From Octopus vulgaris (Eukaryota), in contig OX597826.1 of NCBI GenBank assembly GCA_951406725.2, positions 7,254,001-7,318,000 on the forward strand: a DNA stretch of 64,000 nt, in the 5' to 3' direction. The first letter of the stretch is position 1, and every line of letters starts with the position of its first letter. Shown here one piece after another: positions 56,250-64,000 of the stretch. The translations under genes and the position numbers were made by a program. The notes beneath the pieces were generated by a model. The model did no database searches. It worked only from the letters and a program-made list of their open reading frames with translations, and was not told the origin of the DNA.

Positions 56250-57879
56250 ATGATACCACTAACATTGATTCTGAGGAAAGCAAAGGCTGTGTATGTATTC
56301 AAGAGCCGTCAACAAAAATTTATTTATGGATGGCCTCAAATTTTATAGTAAACATGATTCCGAAGTTAGTTCCCTCGTTGAAACGGTGCATACTTTCAGT
56401 GCTGATATCAGAATGGTGTTCGGACTGAAAAAGTGTGGTGTGTTAGTCTTGAAGAGAGGCAAAATCAAATATATGGACAGGCTAGCGATAACGTCGGTGG
56501 AGATTATGAAGCAGATAGAAGAGACGGGCTATAAATACTTGGGGTTATTGGAAATGGATAAATTGATGGAGAAAGAAATGGCAGAAAAATTTGAGGTGGA
56601 GTGAGACTGATTCTTAAGGCGAAATTAAACGGACGCAATAAGATTGAAGCTGTCAACATCTGAGCGGTTTCACTCCTTAGATATGGAGCAGGGATAATCG
56701 CATGGACAGTAGGCGAACCAAACAGCTTAGACAGAGGGATAATGAAGTTGCTGACTAGATATGGGATACTTCACTCAAAAACTGACAAGACAGACTGTAT
56801 GTACCAAAAAGAAAAAAAGAGGGGGAAGAGGACTGATTGGATGCGAACACAGCAACAAAGCAGAAGAAAGCAACATAGTATGGTATGTAATAGATGCCAC
56901 AAAACTGCTGTTATTGAAAGTAAGTAGGTTAGGCATGTGTAGGATGGAAGATTGCAAAAATAAAGCACTGTACAAGCACTTCAGAATGAATAAAACTGAA
57001 TAGGTCGATAAAGAAAATAATGCATGTACCATTTCATAGGGAATTTGAAGATAAGACAGACAGAGAAAAAAGATGGCTATGGATGACGATTTAAAACCTG
57101 AAGTGATTTAAAACTGGAAACAGAGGCTCTAATCTGTGCTGACCAAGATCAAGCATTAAGAACCAATTACATCAAATACAGAATAGACAACACATCAGAA
57201 AGTGATAAGGACACAATTTGTGGACAAAATGATGGATCCGTATGGCATATTACAAATCAATGTACGCCACTAGCCTAGAAACAATATAAGATACGTCATC
57301 ACAATATAACAAGGATTGTCTGTTGGATACTTTGCAACATGTATGGACTTGACAGAGCAAAACAGTGGTAAAAACATAAACCTGAAGGCATAATCGAAAA
57401 TTATAATCCAAAGATCCTATGGGCTTTTATGATTCAGTGCGACCATGAGATAGCGAACAGGAAACCAGACATAATGTTAATTGAGAAAGAAAGCAAACGA
57501 TACTGGATCATAGATATAGCATGATCAGCTGACAACAAGGAATGCGATAAGGAAGAAAGAAAAGTCGATAGATATAACAGGTTAGCTTGGGGTGGTTAAG
57601 CAGTAGTGGTCGCTGAAAATAGTTGTAGTAGTACCAATAATTGTCGAAGCCCTGGGAACAGTGAGTAATAATCTTAAGAAGTACATGGAACAAACAAGGA
57701 CGCACGATACAACGACTGAAATACATAGAACAATAAGTGTGGACCACTTGCAGAAAACAGCACTGCTTGGAACCGCTCGAATACTCCGGATGGTGGTCAA
57801 AAATAATGGAAGTTACTTCAGTTCACTGGTAGTGAATGGGTCACAAAATAGTTCATCTCCAGGGTTAGAAGCGTTAGAC

Positions 57880-57880
<1 letters not shown>
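56250..57880 (+). mobile_element. Degenerate 5'-truncated R4/Dong-type RLE LINE (RT C-terminal half, zinc-knuckle region, RLE domain, 3' end)
   Basis: LFMDGLKFY, FGLKKCG, YKYLG, GGRGL, DQALRTNY, NRKPD, LQKTALLGTARILR with stops and frameshifts. Begins and ends in (AAT)n. Confidence 0.9.
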
Positions 57881-57957
<77 letters not shown>

Positions 57958-57959
57958 TG

Positions 57960-58508
57960 TGATGCAGTACCAGGCAGTGATTCTTATGGCTTTTGACCAT
58001 AACTGATTATAAGTGTTATCATGTACGTTGTTTTGTTTTGTCTTGGTATAAAACATTGGCTACTGCAAATATTCTGCTCAAGACCACAGATTTGCTTGTC
58101 AGTTGTTTGACCTTAACCAGCTGAGCATGTCCCTTAGTGGCTGACGATATGTACATCTCTGAGTAGAAGTAGTAGGGGAGCATCATAGCCATGTGTTGAA
58201 AGGAATTCTTTGGGGTTTGGATAATAGACCATTGGAAAAATAAGTGTTTTGTTCAACATCCCTAAACAACTCTTATTCAGGGACCTTTTCAACGGGATGG
58301 GCTACTCGACCTGAAGAACATTCTAACTGGACCTCACCTGCAAGGTCATGCGCTGTTTCTCTTGATTTGAGATCACCATGTTGCTCACATATGGTTATGA
58401 TGAATGTGTCTGGTGTAAACTTATCAGACGGGTAGTCATGATGGGTATACTGCGCTTCGTATATATTATCCCAGTGTCACTTTGATGGCATGCACTGCTT
58501 TCCCACTC
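57960..58508 (+). mobile_element. ~550-bp non-coding retroposon between two (AAT)n arrays
   Basis: Homologous to 8219-8745, with no ORF. The 3' end runs directly into (AAT)n. Confidence 0.8.
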
Positions 58509-58527
58509 AATAATAATAATAATAATA

Positions 58528-58592
<65 letters not shown>

Positions 58593-58604
58593 TATTATTA
58601 TAAT

Positions 58605-58818
58605 AATCCTTTTTACCGTACAAGACCTGAAATTTCGTGGGAAGGGACCAGTCGATTACATCGACCTTAGTGTTTCACTGGTATTTAGTTTACAGACCCC
58701 GAAACGATGAAAGGTAAAGTCGACCTCGGCGGAATTTGAACTCAGAACGTACCAGCAGACGAAATACCGCTGATCATTTTGCCCAGTGTGCTGATGATTC
58801 CACCAGCTTACTGCCTTA
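58605..58818 (-). mobile_element. Monomeric copy of the same SINE family. Others at 1-90, 5430-5636, 5940-6130, 16120-16320, 18645-18832, 26815-26995, 50165-50370 and 51887-52100.
   Basis: Shared gaaaggcaaagtcgacctcggcggaatttgaactcagaacg core. Confidence 0.8.
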
Positions 58819-58865
58819 TTATTAGTTGACTAATAATAATAATAATAATGATAACGATAATAATT

Positions 58866-60062
58866 GTCAATAAAAAAATAAGCCATCTATTTTATATGGA
58901 TAACTTAAAACTCTATGGTAAAGACGATAATGAACTTGAAGGCCTATTGCGCACTGTGAAAGCATTCAGTGATGACATCGGGATGGAGTTTGGGCTTGAG
59001 AAGTGTGCCAAGGCCACTTTCCAGAAATGGGAAAGTGATGACCACAAATTCAGTCGTCTTAGATGTTGACACAGTCATAAGAAAGCTTGAGCAAGAACAA
59101 ACCTACAAATATTTAGGGATAAATGAAGTCTCTGGTATTCAGCATGCAAGCATGAAAGAGAAGATCAGGAAGGAATGTTATAGAAGAGTTCGAGCAGTCC
59201 TGAAACCTGAACTAAATGCACGTAACAAGGTGTTAGCTATACATTCCTTAGCAGTTCCAGTTGTTACTTATAGCTACAATGTGTTGAACTGGAATATGAG
59301 TGAAGTAAAGAATATAGATAGGAAAATACGCAAGCTGCTGAGTTGTAATAGGATGCACCACCCAAAGGCAGATGCAGATCGCTTTTACCTCCCCAGAGCC
59401 CAAGGAGGTCGAGGCCTGATCTAATTAGAACTAGCTTACAAAGCAACCACAATTGGACTGTTCAAATATCTTGAAATAACGAATGACTGGATGCTAAAGC
59501 TCATAGAAAATCACGAGAGACGAAAGAAGCTTCATTTCTATCATAAAGGAAAGCAAAAAATTTGCTATGGATCTCGTGCAGGATATCCAAACTGACCAAC
59601 CCGAGGGAAGTACGGCAACTATTGTTGAAAAGAAGGTGAAAATAATGTCAACGAAAAAAGCGCACGAGCAATTGGCTGATAGGTGGGAGGAGAAACCTCT
59701 GCACGGCAAATATGTGGCCCGTAGCAAACAAGCTGATGTTGACCAGAAGCAAACCCATCAGTGGCTACGGAGCTCAGGGCTAAAAGCAGAGAGTGAAGGT
59801 TTCATCCTGGCTGCTCAAGATCAAAGCCTATTAACCCGGAACTACCAGGCCAATGTGATGAAAAATGGAGCAGACACAAAATGCCGTTTCTGCAACGACA
59901 TGATTGAAACAGTGGGCCACCTAATCTCTGGATGTAAAGTCTTAGCACCAGTGGAGTATAAATTAAGACATGACAGAGTTGGCCAATATCTACACTGGCT
60001 AATAAGTCGGCATTACAATATCAAAACTGCCGACAAGTGGTATAATCACCACCCTGAAGCTG
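58866..60062 (+). mobile_element. Second R4/Dong-type LINE remnant, truncated at both ends
   Basis: ISHLFYMDNLKLY, GMEFGLEKCAK, YKYLG, QGGRGL, LHGKY, AAQDQSLLTRNY, CRFC..ETVGHLISGC..RHDRV. Starts in (AAT)n. Confidence 0.92.
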
Positions 60063-61942
60063 ACCTTCTTAGAAGTACACATTTTTTCATGCATTTACAT
60101 GTGGGTTTTTTCGGTAATAACCTTTGAAATCAGGGCAACCTTTCTGCCTCTCCCTGTATTTGAAAATTTGTATAAAAAAGCTAGTTACATATTTTGACAA
60201 TATGGCGCTTACTTAGTAACCAGAGTGTTTCACTCAAGATTATTAAGTCACAGATAAATGTCCTAGATCAATCGGCGTGTGGAATCCCTGGCCTAGGAAC
60301 TTCATTTCATGTTTTTTAAGGTCTACTTAGCTGGAGATGAGCATCATCTGAGTAAAGGTGCTTCCCGCATTTATTTTTGGTAATAGGTCATAGCTGTGTT
60401 GCTGGATTAAAGGATTGTCAGTGGGGTCCCCACTTCTTTCAAGTATTAAGTCCTGGTTGTGCCGCGGGGTTAAAGAGTGGGAAATCCCAGGTTTCAATGT
60501 CTGGTTAGTGCTACACAGGTAAAACCAAAGCAATTACAAGAAACGTATGAGACTCGACCATGACATTCGCTTGCGAGTGACGTCTATTCTAATATATATC
60601 AGTTTTTTTTTTTTACAATTACGAAGGTTTTACTTGTTGCTCCCTAATATACCAAGCTCTACCTTCAACATCACTAGCACCAGCATACGCAGGAAAAGGA
60701 ATCAAATATAATATCGCTTGTTCCTTCACTCTTCACCACCAACAGTTATTATTGCTGATGTGTCAGCATGTAGGAGACACAGAATGATAGACAGAAGCAC
60801 ATTTCTACGATTGTTCTTATAAAGCCCAGAGTTATTCAAGACATTACCGCCACGGCTTGTTTATAAACGAGAATAAGATTCGGTTTTGATTTTAATCCAT
60901 GTCTTGGCATTGCTTGTTTATTCTACGCAGCTAGAATAATAGTGTTTAGATTCAAAGTAGGAAATAGAATGGAGAGACTGGACTGGCACAGCTAATAAAT
61001 TCATGGGGGTGAGTATTCAGAAACGTATGTTTGTAAGTTGGATAGGCATTCATTTATAATTTCTTTTTTTTTTCTTTTCGTTTTGTATTGTTATATTCTT
61101 TTCTCCGTATCTTTTTTTTTTCTTGTTAAATACATCACAAGAGGAAAGAGTATAAAACCATAACATTTGCGACTATTTGCTTTTTCTGACAAGCAGAATC
61201 TATGTTGCTTTAGTTTATTTAGTCTCTGTTCCAAGTTTCCAAAACCATATTCCTGTGCGTATGTATGGTATAAATTACTTTTCTAAGTATTTCTCTAAAT
61301 CTGTTTACTTCGATTCATACATAATACATACATACATATATATGCATGTGTGTGTATATGTGTATGTGTGCACTTGCTAGCGTAATTCTCTTTGTAGATT
61401 GCTATTTGTGTATGGATGGACATGTATACGAATGTATGTATAATATCATTGTGTTTATATACGTGTGCGTGTATATATTATTTGTCTATGTTATTGTTTC
61501 AGATTCCAGAATACATCGGCAAAGACTATAAGAAATCATAACAAAGATTCTCAGCCGTTGATTATTAATTCTGCAGAAACCATTCGTTGGGAAAATATAT
61601 GGTAAAGCCTCATGAAATTAAGCAAACGAAGAATACAGGTACGCTCATCTTCGAAATCTTCTTCCACTTCCTCGACGTCTTTCTTGTCATCGCCGTTTTC
61701 GTTATCATCATCATCATCCTCATCATCATCATCATTATTTTTTTCTTCTTCCTTCTGTTTGCCTGTCACCCCCTCACAATCATCAACTTCAGCGTCGTCG
61801 TCGTTGTCATCATCGTCATCTTTGTCATCTCGTTCATCAAATGCGTTATGCCAATTCTTTAGATTCTGATTTCAATCCTCACCGTAGACAGGTTTGCTAT
61901 TCATCCTTTACAGAATCGAAAAATAAACTACTGCTACTGCTG

Positions 61943-61993
<51 letters not shown>

Positions 61994-62293
61994 TTACTAC
62001 TACTACTGCATACTGTGTGCTTCAGATTTAATATCCTGTATGGTCGGGACCAATTTATGAACTAGAGGCGCTGAAGGGAGAATGTTACAATCCATGTTAA
62101 ATAAGCTATCCCCAACAGCGATATTCTGAATTAGGTGGTTATGGATAACCACCTATCCCAGAGCGCGGATAACCAATGGCGTTATTCCAGTCTTCATAAT
62201 TCACTTTCTGCTGGTTTTGAATTCCAGATCTTTTTACTTAGATTTTCTATGACTTTCACAAGGCATTTTTTCCCAATAATATTGTTATTGTTT

Positions 62294-62845
62294 AAGGCGG
62301 CGAGCTGGCAGAAACGTTAGCACGCCGGGCGAAATGCGTAGCCGTATTTCGTCTGTCGTTACGTTGTGAGTTCAAATTCCGCCGAGGTCGACTTTGACTT
62401 TCATCCTTTCGGGGGTCGATTAAATAAGTACCAGTTACGCACTGGGGGGGTTGTAATCGACTTAATCCGTTTATCTGTCCTTGTTTGTCCTCTCTGTGTT
62501 TAGCCCCTTGTGGCTAGTAAAGAAATAGGTATTTCGTCTGCCGCTACGTTCTGAGTTCAAATTCCACCGAGGTCGACTTTGCCTTTCATCCTTTCGGGGT
62601 CGATTAAATAAGTACCAGTTACGCACTGGGGTCGATATAATCGCCTTAATCCGTTTGTATGTCCTTGTTTATCCTCTCTGTGTTTAGCCCCTTGTGGGTA
62701 GTAAAGAAATAGGTATTTCATCTGTCTTTATGTTGCGAGTGCAAATTTCACCGATAAATAAGTACCAGTTTCGCACTGGGGTCGACATAATTGACTTGCT
62801 CCTTCCCCAAAATTTCAGGCCTTGTGCCTACAGTAGAAAAGATTA
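62294..62845 (+). mobile_element. SINE with a tandemly iterated 184-bp body
   Basis: Units start at 62344, 62529 and 62713. The last unit has a different tail (ggccttgtgcctacagtagaaaagatta). Confidence 0.85.
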
Positions 62846-64000
62846 TTATTATTAATAAAATTATCATCATTATTATTATTTGGTTGGATGGCGTAATCCG
62901 CCAAAACATTCTAAAATCTTGTATGGAATTTCTTCTTGTTATGGAATGTGGAAAAAAATAATTCCTGTAAAACTTTATTCATATCTTAGATTCTTTGTTT
63001 GATAATTTTCTGGTCATCTTGATCATTTAAGTTACAAAACTGTAGTAAATACTTCACATTGTCGATATGTTTAGTAAATGAATCATATTTCATTGGACTT
63101 CGTCCTGGGGCATGATTTACGCTAGATTTCATTATTTGATCATTATTTCATGAGGTACTAACATCTAATGAAATATAATCACTTTTCGTTTTAGCTTTTT
63201 TTTTTTTTTTTTTTTTTGCTGAAATTTCTGAATATAGAAATTCAACGAAATCCGTATACCGAACCATAAGTAAACGAATTAAGATTTTTTTTTAATCATC
63301 ACTCTTATATGATATCCTGTGATATATATATAGACACACACACACATATATATATACACACATATATGTATATATATGCATACATACATATATGTATATT
63401 CAAATGCATACATACATGTGTGTGTGTTTATGTATGTTTTTATGTATATATGTATGTATCTATCTATCTATATACGTATGTTCATATATATATTTATATA
63501 TATGCGTGTATATATATTTGTATATATATTTAGATATGTATATACATTTATATATGTATATATATTCATACATATCTACATATCTATTCATATCTATTGA
63601 TATCTATCTATCTATATATATATATAAATATATATACATACATACACGCATGCATACATACACATACACATACATGCATACATACACATACATACATACA
63701 TACATACAAACATACATACATATATATATATACATCCATCCATCCATCCATACATACATACATATATACATACATACATGCATACATACATACATATATA
63801 CATACATGAATACATACATACATACATATATACATACATGCATACATACACATACATACATACATACATATACATCCATCCATCCATACATACATACATA
63901 CATATATACGTACATGCATACATACATACATATATACATACATACATACATAAGCTTTGCAAATTAAATATTCTCTTAGTTATTAAAAACAGAATTGTCT

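Noticed and set aside
61551-61869. Acidic and Ser-rich ORFs
   Set aside because: Degenerate (TCA/TCG/TCT)n repeat with no exon signals.

Overview
Very AT-rich, microsatellite-saturated eukaryotic (animal) DNA. The SINE/LINE repertoire and repeat style point to a coleoid cephalopod, probably Octopus (inference from recognised repeat families, not from a search). Almost every ORF in the supplied track is a microsatellite artefact. The best-supported host feature is a small spliced + strand gene at about 37971-45750 that the ORF track misses. It has six coding exons (190, 48, 48, 63, 66, 62 nt) with canonical GT-AG sites, every internal exon is symmetric phase 1-1, and it encodes a 158-aa protein I cannot assign to a family. 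The rest is mobile DNA that sorts by microsatellite type. Penelope-like mini-elements with hammerhead ribozyme motifs and fold-back junctions sit in (TA)n. R4/Dong-type RLE LINE remnants and a ~550-bp non-autonomous partner sit in (AAT)n. A Tx1/L1-like 3' end sits in (TATC)n and shares its tail with a 184-bp tandemly iterated SINE unit. There are also several tRNA-derived SINE families and one complete non-autonomous Helitron. A stop-interrupted spliced reading frame near 13.1-13.8 kb and two isolated candidate exons are lower-confidence leads.
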